From the NCBI GenBank assembly GCA_963805625.1, contig CAWDVE010000021.1:256001-320000 (forward strand): a stretch of 64,000 nt of DNA, read 5' to 3'. The position numbers were made by a program, and so were the translations under genes. Source of the DNA: an uncultured Candidatus Rokubacteria bacterium (GTDB lineage Bacteria; Methylomirabilota; Methylomirabilia; Rokubacteriales; DASRDR01). Shown one piece after another: positions 45,797-55,538 of this stretch. The notes below the pieces were generated by a model that was given only the letters and a program-made list of their open reading frames with translations, was not told where the DNA came from and made no database searches. Within the stretch, counting starts at the first letter, position 1. Every line of letters starts with the position of its first letter.

Positions 45797-46419
45797 GGTC
45801 CCACGCCCGCCGCCACGGGCCGCTCGGCGCGGTGATAGAGCGCGAGATGGCGCCGGAGCTCGCCGACGCAGTGCTCCATCACCCGGATGTCCTTCTTTAC
45901 CTTCGCCAGGAGGATGGCGCCCTCGATCCCCGCAACCAGGAAACGGGCGAGCGCCTCGGGGTCGACGTCCGCGGCAAGGTCGCCGAGTGCCCGGGCGCGC
46001 GTCAGGGCCGCGGCCAGGTACTGGCGCCACTGCTCGAACCCCCTGGCGAGCCGCTGGCGGAACCCTTCATGGGTATCGGCTAGCTCGGTGGCGAGGTTGC
46101 CGATGGGGCAGCCGCCAACGCACTTCCGGGCGCGCTGGGTCGCCAGGACCTCGTCGAGGAAGACCTCGACCTGGCCGAGCGGGTCCCGTGTGTGATCCCC
46201 GAAGATCGGGGCCAGGGTCCGCGACTCGAACCGGTCGAACAGCCGATCGAGGATCGCGTACCCGAGGTCCTCCTTCGATCGGAAGTAGTGATAGAAATTA
46301 CCCTTTCCAGCACCACTCTCCCGGAGGACGTCGTCGAGCGAAGTCCGATGGTATCCCCGGACGGCCATCAGCCGGGTGGCCACCTCCAGAATCTGCTCCT
46401 TGACGGGCGAGGGGCTCAT
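45793..46419 (-). CDS. TetR/AcrR family repressor (NemR/LmrA-like)
   Basis: HTH GYHRTSLDDV...KGNFYHYFRSKEDL and GCPIGNLATE C-domain motif. Confidence 0.9.
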   Translation of the reverse strand: MSPSPVKEQILEVATRLMAVRGYHRTSLDDVLRESGAGKGNFYHYFRSKEDLGYAILDRLFDRFESRTLAPIFGDHTRDPLGQVEVFLDEVLATQRARKCVGGCPIGNLATELADTHEGFRQRLARGFEQWRQYLAAALTRARALGDLAADVDPEALARFLVAGIEGAILLAKVKKDIRVMEHCVGELRRHLALYHRAERPVAAGVGP

Positions 46420-46426
46420 TGGGGTG

Positions 46427-46470
46427 TACCGACCGGTCGGTAAACTAGCAGCGGCCCCGGAGCCTGTCAA
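46427..46470 (-). promoter_or_regulatory. sigma70 promoter with overlapping palindromic TetR operator
   Basis: TTGACA (46470-46465), 17 bp, TAGTTT (46447-46442). Perfect palindrome TACCGACCGGTCGGTA at 46427-46442. Confidence 0.82.
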
Positions 46471-46666
46471 GCGAGCCCCCACGTAATCCCGCGAGTGCCT
46501 CGCTCGCGCAACTTCCGCGGGCTTGATCATCCAGACGTCGGAGAATGGACACGGCGCTCTCCGACGGCGCTTGACGGGGGTGGAGCCCCCTGCTTAGCTG
46601 AGGCGGGTCCTGAATGTGTCCGGCGGGGGGCCGTCGGAACAGGCGACAGGAAGAGGGGACGGCGTG

Positions 46667-46963
46667 ATGGCAACTGGTGCGCGTAGTCTGCTCATCGGGA
46701 TGGCTCTCGGTCTCTGCCTCGGGGTCGGCGTCGCGCCCGGCTTCGCCCAGGCGCCTAGCCCCCCGCCGCCGGTCCAGGTGGAGAAACCGGCCCCGTCGCC
46801 CGGCCCCCAGTTCGTGTGGATCGCGGGCCACTGGGCCTGGCAGGGTGGACGTTGGGCGTGGGTCCCCGGACGCTGGGTCGAGGCGCAGGGCGCGTGGATC
46901 CCGGGGCGCTATCAGCAGACGCCCCAGGGCTGGGTCTACGTGGAGGGCCGCTGGAAGAAGTGA
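46667..46963 (+). CDS. Small exported YXWGXW-repeat protein
   Basis: Signal peptide, Pro-rich stretch, repeated W-x-x-G-x-W units (WIAGHW, WVPGRW, WIPGRY, YVEGRW). Confidence 0.8.
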   Translation: MATGARSLLIGMALGLCLGVGVAPGFAQAPSPPPPVQVEKPAPSPGPQFVWIAGHWAWQGGRWAWVPGRWVEAQGAWIPGRYQQTPQGWVYVEGRWKK

Positions 46964-46984
46964 GCGCCCGGGCGGGCGCGGCCG

Positions 46985-48391
46985 TCAGAACAGCGGGGCG
47001 GCCGCCCGCAGCGCCGAGTCGAGCAGCGGCCCGGGATAGAGTCCCAGTAGCACGACCGCGACGGCGCTGACGACGAGCACGAGGGCGAGCGCCGGCGGGA
47101 CCGGCACCGGCGTGGACCGGGCCGGGGCGTCGATGTACATCTGCTTGGCGACCTGGAGGTAGTAGAAGAGCGCCACCACGGTCAGCACCGCCGCCAGCAG
47201 CACCAGCCCGTAGAGCCCCGCCTGGGCCGCCGCCCAGAGGATGTAGAGCTTGGCCCAGAACCCCACCACGAACGGGATGCCGCCCAGTGAGAGCAGGAAC
47301 AGGAGCATCGCGAGCCCGAGCGCCGGCGAGCGCTGGGCGAGCCCCCGGAAGGTCCGGAGCGCGGACGAGCCCTCGGCCTGGGCCACGGCCTCCACGACCA
47401 TGAAGGCCCCCATGTTCGAGAACAGGTACGCCACCAGGTAGAAGAGCAGCATCGCCACACCCTCCGCGGAGAGCGCCGCCACCCCGAGCAGCATGTAGCC
47501 GATGTGGGCGATCCCGGAATAGGCGAGGAGCCGCTTCGCGTCGGTCTGGGGGATCGCCATCATGTTCCCGGCCACGATCGTCAGCGCGCCGAGGAGCGCC
47601 GCCACCCCCGCCCAGAGCGCGGCCGGGGGCCCCGCGCGCTCGATGAAGACGCGGAGCAGCACGGCGAACCCGGCCGCCTTCGGCGCCACCGACAGCCACG
47701 CGACAAACGGGGTCGCCGCGGCCTCATAGGTGTCCGGCACCCACATGTGGAACGGGAACGCCGCGATCTTGAATCCCACTCCGCCGAGGACCAGGACGAG
47801 GCCCAGGAGCAGGAGCGGGTCGCCCGCGCCCACCGCCCGCGTCACGACGTCGAGCCGGGTGCTGCCCGTCACGCCGTAAACGAATGAGAGCCCGTAGACC
47901 AGAAACGCCGTCGAGAGGCTCCCCACCAGGAAGAACTTGAGCGACGCCTCCACGGCTCGCGCATCCCTCTTGACGAATCCGGCCAGGACATAGAGCGGGA
48001 TCGACATCAGCTCGAACGCCACGAAGAGGAGCACGAGCTCGCGGGCCGAGGCGAGCACCATCATGCCGAGGAGCGCCGTCAGCATGAGGACGTGGTACTC
48101 GAGGCCGCGGCGGCGCTCGACGGCATCCTGGCGCGCGAGGCCCCCGACGACCGCGAGGAGCGTCGCCAGGAGGAAGACCTGCTTCAGGAACACGGCCAGG
48201 CCGTCGACGATGAACGCGCCGTCGAAGAGCGGGCCGCGGGCGTCGATGACGAGCGACAGCCCGTAAAGTCCGGCCAGGCCGACGGCGGTGACCAGCCCGA
48301 TCTCGCGCGAGCCGCGCCCGCGCCCGCCGACGCCCAGCAGGAAAACGATGAGGGCGAGCGCCGCCACCCCGAGCTCGAGCGCCAGGAGCAT
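46985..48391 (-). CDS. nuoN: Complex I subunit N (locus 2)
   Basis: ELMSIPLY, EASLKFF, FKIAAFPFHMWVPD, KRLLAYS. Confidence 0.93.
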   Translation of the reverse strand: MLLALELGVAALALIVFLLGVGGRGRGSREIGLVTAVGLAGLYGLSLVIDARGPLFDGAFIVDGLAVFLKQVFLLATLLAVVGGLARQDAVERRRGLEYHVLMLTALLGMMVLASARELVLLFVAFELMSIPLYVLAGFVKRDARAVEASLKFFLVGSLSTAFLVYGLSFVYGVTGSTRLDVVTRAVGAGDPLLLLGLVLVLGGVGFKIAAFPFHMWVPDTYEAAATPFVAWLSVAPKAAGFAVLLRVFIERAGPPAALWAGVAALLGALTIVAGNMMAIPQTDAKRLLAYSGIAHIGYMLLGVAALSAEGVAMLLFYLVAYLFSNMGAFMVVEAVAQAEGSSALRTFRGLAQRSPALGLAMLLFLLSLGGIPFVVGFWAKLYILWAAAQAGLYGLVLLAAVLTVVALFYYLQVAKQMYIDAPARSTPVPVPPALALVLVVSAVAVVLLGLYPGPLLDSALRAAAPLF

Positions 48392-49935
48392 CACGGCAGC
48401 ACCCCGATCCGGTCGAGGAGCGCCACGATCGCCGGGTCGACCCGCGACAGCGCGAGGCCCGGCACGAACCCGAAGAGGATGAGGATGGCCGAGAGGAAGA
48501 CCAGGCTCACCCACTCGGGCCCCCGGGCGTCGGGGAGCGCCGCCCACTCCCCGTGCGGCCCGGCGGCCAGCGGGCCCCAGAAGATCCGCTTCGCCACGCG
48601 GAGCACGTAGATCGCGGTGAGCAGCGTGCCGAGGACGGCGGGGAAGAGCCACCACCGGGAGGCCGATTGCCAGGCGCCGAGGAAGGTCAGGATCTCGGCG
48701 ACGAACCCCGCGAGGCCGGGCAGCCCGAGGGACGAGAGACCGCCGAGGGTGAAGCACGCGGCGATCCCGGGCATCCGCCGCCCGAAGCCGCCCATCCGGC
48801 CGATCTCCCGCGTGTGGGACTTCTCGTAGATGAGCCCCACCAGCGCGAAGAAGAGCCCCGTCATGATCCCGTGGGCGAACATCTGGAAAACGGCCCCGTT
48901 GAGCCCGGCCTCCGTCAGGGTGGCGGCGCCCAGCATCACGAGCCCCATGTGGGACACCGACGAGTAGGCGATGACGTACTTGAGATCGTTCTGGGCCATC
49001 GCCGAGAAGGCGCCGTAGACGACGTTGATCACCGCGATCGTCCCCACGAGGGGCACCCAGTACTGCGTCCCCTCGGGGAGGAGCGTCATCGCTACGCGGA
49101 GGACGCCGTAGGCACCGAGCTTCATCAGGACGCCGGCGTGGAGCATCGAGACCGCCGTGGGGGCGGAGGCGTGCCCATCGGGCGACCAGGTGTGGAGCGG
49201 CCAGATGCCCGCCAGGATGCCGAAGCCCACGTAGAGGGCGAGGAACACCCAGCGCTGGGTGCCCGGGCTGAAGGTCACCTCGGAGAGCGCGAGCAGGGAG
49301 AACGAGTGCACGCCGCCGGCGAAGTAGAGGACGAAGAGCCCCACCAGGATGAACGCGGACCCCAGCAAGAGATACAGGGTCAGCTTCATCGCCGCGTATT
49401 CCTTGGTGCCCACGCCCGTCTCGCGGAACGCCCAGGCGAAGACCCCCTGGGGGCGCACCTCGCCCGTCGAGCCCCAGATGCCGATGAGGAGGTACATCGG
49501 CAGCACCGCGATCTCGTAGAAGAGGAAGAACACGAAGAGATCGAGCGAGACGAAGACCCCGAACACGCCGGTCACGAGCGTGAGGAGGAGTGCGTAGAAC
49601 TCCTGGTCGCGGAGGCGCACGGTCCAGGACGCGAACACGCCGGCGAAGATGATGATCGCCGTCAAGAGGACCATCAGGACCGACATGCCGTCGGCCCCCA
49701 GCTCGACCGAGATGCCGAGCACGCGCACGAGCGGGTACTGCTCGCGGAACTGGTACCCGCCGGCCGCCGGGTCGTACGCGAGGTAGAGGTAAAGGGACAG
49801 CCCGAGCGTCACGGTCGCCGCGCCGACGGCGATCAGCCGCACGCCGAGCGGGCGCGTCCGGCCGACCAGCATGATGAGGCAGGCCGCCACGAAGGGCGTC
49901 GCCGTCACGAGCGCGAGCACGGGGAAGTCGGTCAC
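48391..49935 (-). CDS. nuoM: Complex I subunit M (locus 2)
   Basis: FYEIAVLPMY, WPLHTWSPDGH..APT, MKLGAYG, AYSSVSHMG. Confidence 0.93.
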   Translation of the reverse strand: MTDFPVLALVTATPFVAACLIMLVGRTRPLGVRLIAVGAATVTLGLSLYLYLAYDPAAGGYQFREQYPLVRVLGISVELGADGMSVLMVLLTAIIIFAGVFASWTVRLRDQEFYALLLTLVTGVFGVFVSLDLFVFFLFYEIAVLPMYLLIGIWGSTGEVRPQGVFAWAFRETGVGTKEYAAMKLTLYLLLGSAFILVGLFVLYFAGGVHSFSLLALSEVTFSPGTQRWVFLALYVGFGILAGIWPLHTWSPDGHASAPTAVSMLHAGVLMKLGAYGVLRVAMTLLPEGTQYWVPLVGTIAVINVVYGAFSAMAQNDLKYVIAYSSVSHMGLVMLGAATLTEAGLNGAVFQMFAHGIMTGLFFALVGLIYEKSHTREIGRMGGFGRRMPGIAACFTLGGLSSLGLPGLAGFVAEILTFLGAWQSASRWWLFPAVLGTLLTAIYVLRVAKRIFWGPLAAGPHGEWAALPDARGPEWVSLVFLSAILILFGFVPGLALSRVDPAIVALLDRIGVLP

Positions 49936-51833
49936 GCCCAGAACCTCCAGAGGACCAGGACGAGGAGCACCCCTGCCGTCACGCCGTAGAGGTAGTCCTG
50001 GGCGCGGCCGGTCTGGATCTGGCGGAGGTCCGCGCCCGCCCGGAGGGTGGCGGCGCTTGCGACGTTGACCAGTCCGTCGACCACGTACCGATCGACCCAC
50101 CCCACGAGGCGGCCCAGCGCGAGGACGGCGCCCCGGTAGACGGCCACGTAGAGCGCGTCGAGCCCGTAGCCCTGGGCCGCCCACGCCGGCAATGGCCCGA
50201 GCCCCCGCGTGAGCGTCCGGACCGAGACCGCCCGCCGCTGGTAGACGAGCCACGCCAGGAGGAGGCCCGCGAGCGCGAGGCCGACGGAGAAGGGGGTGAG
50301 CCAGCCCGGCCCGTGCGGGAGCGCCGCGCCCGGGTCGCCTCGCATGAACTCCGGGAAGGTCAGGCCGAGCACCGCCCCGCCGAGCACCGTGCCCAGGATC
50401 GACAGCACCGCCAGGAGCCACAGCGGGCCCATCATCACGCCCGGCGGGTCGTGGGGGTGGCCGCCCGCGCCGCGGGCCCCGAAGAACGTCAGAAAGACCG
50501 CCCGGAACATGTAGAACGCCGTCAGGAACACCGTGACGGACAGGAGCACGAACGGTCCGCGGAGGCCCGCTTCCCAGACCCCGCCAAGAATCGCTTCCTT
50601 CGAGACGAAGCCCGCGAAGGGCGGCACGCCGGCAAGCGCGAGCGTGCCCACGACGAAGACGATCGCGGTCTTCGGCATGGCCCGCCCGAGCCGGCCCATG
50701 GCGCCCATGTCGTTCGTGTGGACCGCGTGGATCACGGCCCCCGCGGCGAGGAACAGGAGGGCCTTGAAGAAGCCATGGAGCAGGAGATGGAGCACCCCCG
50801 CCACGAGAGCACCGGCCCCGAGCGCGGTCATCATGTAGCCGAGCTGGGACACGGTCGAGTACGCGAGGACGCGCTTGAGGTCGGACTCGCCGAGCGCGAG
50901 CGTCGCCGCCAGGAGGGCGGTGAACGCGCCCACGTAGGCGATCAGGAGGAGCACCCACGGCACGGCCTGGAAGAGCGGGTAGGCCCGCGCCACCAGGAAC
51001 ACGCCCGCCGTCACCATCGTGGCGGCGTGGATCAGCGCCGACACAGGCGTCGGGCCCTCCATCGCGTCGGGCAGCCAGACATGGAGCGGGAACTGGGCGC
51101 TCTTGCCCACGGCGCCGAGGTAGATCAGCGTCATGTAGAGCGCGAGGTTCGCGGGGAGAGCGCCGCCCGCGACCGCGCGGAAGAGCGTGTCGAACTCGAA
51201 CGTCCCCGTCGCGCCCCAGAGCAGCACGATGCCGAGAAGGAAGCCCACGTCGCCGAGCTTCGTCACCCAGAAGGCCTTGACCGCCGCCCGGGCCGCCGCC
51301 GGGCGCTGGTAGTAGAAGCCGATCAGGAGGTACGAACAGAGCCCCACCAGCTCCCAGAAAACGAAGAGCTGGAGGAAGTTCGGCGCGAAGACGAGCCCCA
51401 GCATCGCGAACGCGAAGAGGGACTGGTAGAGGTAGTAGCGCCCGAGAGCCGGGGGCGGCTCGTCGGCGAGGTAGCCGAGCGAGTAGAGCTGGACCAACCC
51501 GGCGACGAGGGCGACCAGCGTCGCCATCACGGCGGCGAGCGAGTCGACGTAGACCCCCGCCGTTGCCAGCGGCACGGGCCCGGCCTGCGCCAGCCAGGGC
51601 AGGGTCAGCGTGGCCTCGCGGACGGCGCTGCCCCCGTGGGCCACGTACGCGGCCCGGGCGAGCCAGAGCCCCGTCACCAGCCGGGCGGCTGCGAAGAGGG
51701 CGACGCCGATCCCGGCGAGCGAGACCAGCGCCGCCAGGCGGCCCGCGCGCCGGAGGGGCGGCACCGAGCCGAGCAGGAGCGCGGCCCCGAAGGGACCGGC
51801 CAGGATCAGGAGGGCGAGGTCGGTCTCGGTCAC
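49932..51833 (-). CDS. nuoL: Complex I subunit L (locus 2)
   Basis: WELVGLCSYLLIGF, KSAQFPLHVWLPDAMEGPTPVSALIHAATMV, full C-terminal lateral helix. Confidence 0.95.
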   Translation of the reverse strand: MTETDLALLILAGPFGAALLLGSVPPLRRAGRLAALVSLAGIGVALFAAARLVTGLWLARAAYVAHGGSAVREATLTLPWLAQAGPVPLATAGVYVDSLAAVMATLVALVAGLVQLYSLGYLADEPPPALGRYYLYQSLFAFAMLGLVFAPNFLQLFVFWELVGLCSYLLIGFYYQRPAAARAAVKAFWVTKLGDVGFLLGIVLLWGATGTFEFDTLFRAVAGGALPANLALYMTLIYLGAVGKSAQFPLHVWLPDAMEGPTPVSALIHAATMVTAGVFLVARAYPLFQAVPWVLLLIAYVGAFTALLAATLALGESDLKRVLAYSTVSQLGYMMTALGAGALVAGVLHLLLHGFFKALLFLAAGAVIHAVHTNDMGAMGRLGRAMPKTAIVFVVGTLALAGVPPFAGFVSKEAILGGVWEAGLRGPFVLLSVTVFLTAFYMFRAVFLTFFGARGAGGHPHDPPGVMMGPLWLLAVLSILGTVLGGAVLGLTFPEFMRGDPGAALPHGPGWLTPFSVGLALAGLLLAWLVYQRRAVSVRTLTRGLGPLPAWAAQGYGLDALYVAVYRGAVLALGRLVGWVDRYVVDGLVNVASAATLRAGADLRQIQTGRAQDYLYGVTAGVLLVLVLWRFWA

Positions 51834-51843
51834 GCGGCCCGGC

Positions 51844-52140
51844 TCAGCCTCGCAGGAGGTTCAGGTGGTCCGCGTCGACCGTGCGGCGCACGCGGAAGAT
51901 CACGATGACGATCGCCAGCCCGACGGCGACCTCCGTCACGGTGATCGCGATGGTGAAGAGCGTCAGCACCCAGCCGGCCACCGCCCCATTGAAGTGCGCG
52001 AAGGCGACCAGGTTGATGTTGACCGCATTCAGCATGAGCTCGAGGCCGAGGAGGATGCCGACGGCGTTCCGCCGCGTCAGGACCCCGAACAGCCCGATCG
52101 CGAACATGGCGGCGGCGAGGAGGAGGTAGGCGCTCAGCAC
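51844..52140 (-). CDS. nuoK: Complex I subunit K (locus 2)
   Basis: [20 protein letters not shown]. Confidence 0.94.
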   Translation of the reverse strand: MLSAYLLLAAAMFAIGLFGVLTRRNAVGILLGLELMLNAVNINLVAFAHFNGAVAGWVLTLFTIAITVTEVAVGLAIVIVIFRVRRTVDADHLNLLRG

Positions 52141-52195
52141 GGACGCCGGGCTCCGGGACGGGACGCGGGCCGCTGGGACACCGGGTTCACGCGCT

Positions 52196-52687
52196 CTAGT
52201 CCTCGGTCCGGGCGAGGTAGAGGGCGCCGAGGAGCGCGGCCACCAGGAGGATGCCGAGGACCTCGAAGGCGAGCACCCACTCGGTGAGCACCGCGCGGCC
52301 GAGCGCCGCGGTGGTGAGCTCGGACCCCGGCAGGGTCCCGGGCCGCGCCGCCCGCAGGATGGTCCCCGCGAGCCCGGCGAACACGGCCAGGGCCGCCAGC
52401 GCGCCGGCGACGATCCCGCGGTTCGTCTGTCGGAGAGAGTCCCCGACCAGGCGCTCCGTCAGCATGATGGCGAACACCACGATCGTGACGACGCCGCCCG
52501 CGTAGAGGAGGACCTGCACGGCGGCCAGGAACTCCGCATGGAGCAGGACGAAGAGGCCGGCCGTCCCCACGAGGGCGAGGGCGAGCCAGAGGACGGAGTG
52601 GAAGAGGTTCCGCGCGAGCACGACTCCGAGGCTCGCCCCCAGGACCAGGAGACCGATCCCGCCCAGCCCGAGCGCCTGCGTGGTCAT
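52196..52687 (-). CDS. nuoJ: Complex I subunit J (locus 2)
   Basis: AEFLAAVQVLLYAGG, FEVLGILL. Confidence 0.92.
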   Translation of the reverse strand: MTTQALGLGGIGLLVLGASLGVVLARNLFHSVLWLALALVGTAGLFVLLHAEFLAAVQVLLYAGGVVTIVVFAIMLTERLVGDSLRQTNRGIVAGALAALAVFAGLAGTILRAARPGTLPGSELTTAALGRAVLTEWVLAFEVLGILLVAALLGALYLARTED

Positions 52688-52811
52688 CCTGATCGCCGCG
52701 CCGCGGTCGGGCGACACGTCCCTCCGGTGGTCGAGCGCCGTGCCGCCGCAGGGACGTGCACGCCGGTGGCAGGGCCTCGCGCGCGCCGGGCGCGGGACTC
52801 CGGGACCCGGC

Positions 52812-53351
52812 TCACTCGGCGGCGTCCCTCGCGGCTTCGCCCTTGGCGCCCCCCCGGGCCGGCGGCGCTTGCATGGCCCGGAGCCCAGTCCCGGTCGCCC
52901 AGGACGGCGTGAACTGCCGCCCGAGGGCATGGAGGCGATCCTTGTCGAGGAGAAGCTCCCGGCGGTCGGTCGTGGCGAGATCGAAGGTCCGGAGCATGAT
53001 GATGGCGTCGGTCGGGCAGACCTGGACGCACAGCTCGCAGAACTCGCACGCGTACAGCTCGAGCGTGAAGAGCTTCGCGTAGTTCCGCTTCTCCGCCTTG
53101 AGCATCTCGACCTTGATCACCTGCGGCGGGCAGATGAACTCGCAGAGCCGGCAGCCGATGCAGTTCTCCTCCGCCGTCTCCGGGTCGTAGGTGAGCGCGA
53201 GCACCCCGCGGAAGCGGTCGGGGTAGGGCCGCGTCACCCGGGGGTAGTGCACGGTCACGGGCGCCCGGAACAGATTCCGGAGCGTCACGGCCATCGCCGT
53301 GCCCGCCGCCCGCGCCATCTGGAACGCGGTTCGCACGCCGCCCTCAGGCAC
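52812..53351 (-). CDS. nuoI: Complex I subunit I (locus 2)
   Basis: CIGCRLCEFICP and CEFCELCVQVCP. Confidence 0.92.
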   Translation of the reverse strand: MPEGGVRTAFQMARAAGTAMAVTLRNLFRAPVTVHYPRVTRPYPDRFRGVLALTYDPETAEENCIGCRLCEFICPPQVIKVEMLKAEKRNYAKLFTLELYACEFCELCVQVCPTDAIIMLRTFDLATTDRRELLLDKDRLHALGRQFTPSWATGTGLRAMQAPPARGGAKGEAARDAAE

Positions 53352-54333
53352 CGGGCCCTCCGCCCGCCGCCACCACCGCCGCCGCGGCCAGCAGGAGCGC
53401 GACCGAGGCCGGCAGGAAGACCTTCCAGGAGAGCGCCAGGATCTGGTCCACCCGGATGCGGATGAACGACCAGCGGACCCAGACGACCAGCAGGAAGAGG
53501 AAGAGGGCCTTCAGCACGAACCAGGCCGGGCCGAGCGCCGCCGGGCCGGGACCGAGCCAGCCCCCGAGGAACAGGAGCGTGCCGAGACAGGCCACGCCGA
53601 AGAGGTGGACGAACTCGGCCAGCTGGATCAGGGCGAACTTCATTCCCGAGTACTCCACCCGGAAGCCTGCGACCAGCTCCGACTCGGCCTCGACGATGTC
53701 GAACGGGATGCGGTTCTCCGATGCGAGGGTCACCACCATGAACGCGACGAAGGCGAGCTGGCCGAGCACCGGGTAGAAGACGAACCAGCCGAGGAGGCCC
53801 TGCTGGGCGTCGACGATGGTCGAGAGGCGGAGCGAGCCCGTGAGCACGACCGGGACCAGCGCCACCAGGATGAACGGGACCTCGTAGGAGATGATCTGGT
53901 TCACCGCCCGCATGGCGGAGAGGAGGGCGTACTTGTTGTTCGATCCCCAGCCGCACATGAAGAGGCCCACGACCTCGAGCGACGAGACCGCCAGGACGAA
54001 GACCAGGCCGATCTCGAGATCGGCCAGCACCCAGCCCCGGGCGAACGGCATCGCCGCGTACATGAGGAACGCGGGGACCAGGAACACGATCGGCGCCAGG
54101 TTGTAGACGAGGCGGTCGGCGGCCGTCGGGACGATGTCCTCCTTCAGGAGGAGCTTCACCGCGTCGGCGATCGGCTGGAGCCACCCGTGCGGCCGCCCCA
54201 CCTCGTAGGGCCCCACCCGCGACTGGAGGCGCGCCGCGAACTTGCGCTCGAGGAGCGTGAGATAAGTGACGAGGATCAGGACGCCGTTGAGAAGGAGGAA
54301 CGGCGGCCCGACGGTCCACAGGAGGTCCGTCAT
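53344..54333 (-). CDS. nuoH: Complex I subunit H (locus 2)
   Basis: ERK...RVGP, NNKYALL, RIPFDIVEAESELVAG. Confidence 0.95.
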   Translation of the reverse strand: MTDLLWTVGPPFLLLNGVLILVTYLTLLERKFAARLQSRVGPYEVGRPHGWLQPIADAVKLLLKEDIVPTAADRLVYNLAPIVFLVPAFLMYAAMPFARGWVLADLEIGLVFVLAVSSLEVVGLFMCGWGSNNKYALLSAMRAVNQIISYEVPFILVALVPVVLTGSLRLSTIVDAQQGLLGWFVFYPVLGQLAFVAFMVVTLASENRIPFDIVEAESELVAGFRVEYSGMKFALIQLAEFVHLFGVACLGTLLFLGGWLGPGPAALGPAWFVLKALFLFLLVVWVRWSFIRIRVDQILALSWKVFLPASVALLLAAAAVVAAGGGPGA

Positions 54334-54337
54334 CGGG

Positions 54338-55528
54338 CTAGCGGTCCACCTCGCCGAAGACGGGGTCGATCGAGCCCAGGATGGCGACGGCGTCGGCGAT
54401 CTTGTGGCCCGGGAGGATGTGCCCCGCCACCGCGAGGTTCGAGAACGAGGCGCCCCGCCACTTCATCCGGTAGGGCTTCGTCGACCCGTCCGAGACGAGG
54501 TAGATGCCCACCTCGCCCCGGGGGCTCTCGACCCGCGCGTACGCCTCGCCCTTGGGCAGCTTCACCTGGCCGATCGACTTCACCCCCGGGCGCGAGGAGA
54601 TCGGCCCGGCGGGCAGCCCGTCCAGCGCCTGGCGGACGATGCGGATCGCCTGGCGGAACTCCTGCATCCGCACGCGGTAGCGCGCGTGACAGTCGGCCGC
54701 CGTCTCCACGGGCACGTCGAACTGGAACTCCTCGTACGAGGAGTAGGGCTCCACGCGGCGAATGTCGTGGGAGAACCCCGAGCCTCGGAGGAGCGGGCCC
54801 GAGACGCCCACCTCCTGGGCGAGCTCCCGGGAGATCACGCCCACGCCCTGGGTGCGCACCAGGAAGACCGTGTTCCCCTCGAGGAGCGCCTCGTACTCGA
54901 GAAGCCGCCCCTCGACGTGGGCGATCGTCTCCCGGCACTTGTCCGCCCACCCGGCGGGGATGTCGTAGCGCGTCCCGCCCACCTGGTGGAACCCGTAGAG
55001 GAGCCGGGCGCCCGTCAGCGCCTCGAAGAGGTCGAGGATCATCTCCCGCTCGCGGAAGCAGTAGAGGAACATCGTCGCCCCGCCGCCGAGCGCCCCGCCC
55101 ATATCCATGCACCAGGTGCCGAGCCAGAGGCAGTGGGAGGCGACGCGCTGGAGCTCCGCCACCAGGACGCGGAGATACTGGGCGCGCTTCGGCACCTCGA
55201 TCTGGCCGAGCTGCTCGGCCGCGCGCACGTAGCAGAGCTCGGCGGTCATCGCCGAGACGTAGTCCGTCTTCGAGGCGATCGACGGGTACTGGACGTAGGT
55301 CAGGGTCTCCCCGAGCTTCTCGTGGCAGCGGTGGAGGTAGCCGATCATCGGGTCGACGGCGACGATCGTCTCCCCCTCGAGCGTCAGGATCATCCTGAAG
55401 ACGCCGTGGGCGGAGGGGTGCTGCGGCCCCATGTTCATCACGAGGCGCTCGTTGCCCCCGTAGCCGTACTCGACGACGGTCCGCCCGGGTCCGGGGTCGC
55501 TCGTCATCGCCGTCGGTCGTGGGTCCAT
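54338..55528 (-). CDS. nuoD: Complex I subunit D (locus 2)
   Basis: NMGPQHPSAHG, GYLHR, ESPRGE, GEVDR. No Ni-binding CxxC. Confidence 0.94.
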   Translation of the reverse strand: MDPRPTAMTSDPGPGRTVVEYGYGGNERLVMNMGPQHPSAHGVFRMILTLEGETIVAVDPMIGYLHRCHEKLGETLTYVQYPSIASKTDYVSAMTAELCYVRAAEQLGQIEVPKRAQYLRVLVAELQRVASHCLWLGTWCMDMGGALGGGATMFLYCFREREMILDLFEALTGARLLYGFHQVGGTRYDIPAGWADKCRETIAHVEGRLLEYEALLEGNTVFLVRTQGVGVISRELAQEVGVSGPLLRGSGFSHDIRRVEPYSSYEEFQFDVPVETAADCHARYRVRMQEFRQAIRIVRQALDGLPAGPISSRPGVKSIGQVKLPKGEAYARVESPRGEVGIYLVSDGSTKPYRMKWRGASFSNLAVAGHILPGHKIADAVAILGSIDPVFGEVDR

Positions 55529-55538
55529 CGCGCGCTCG

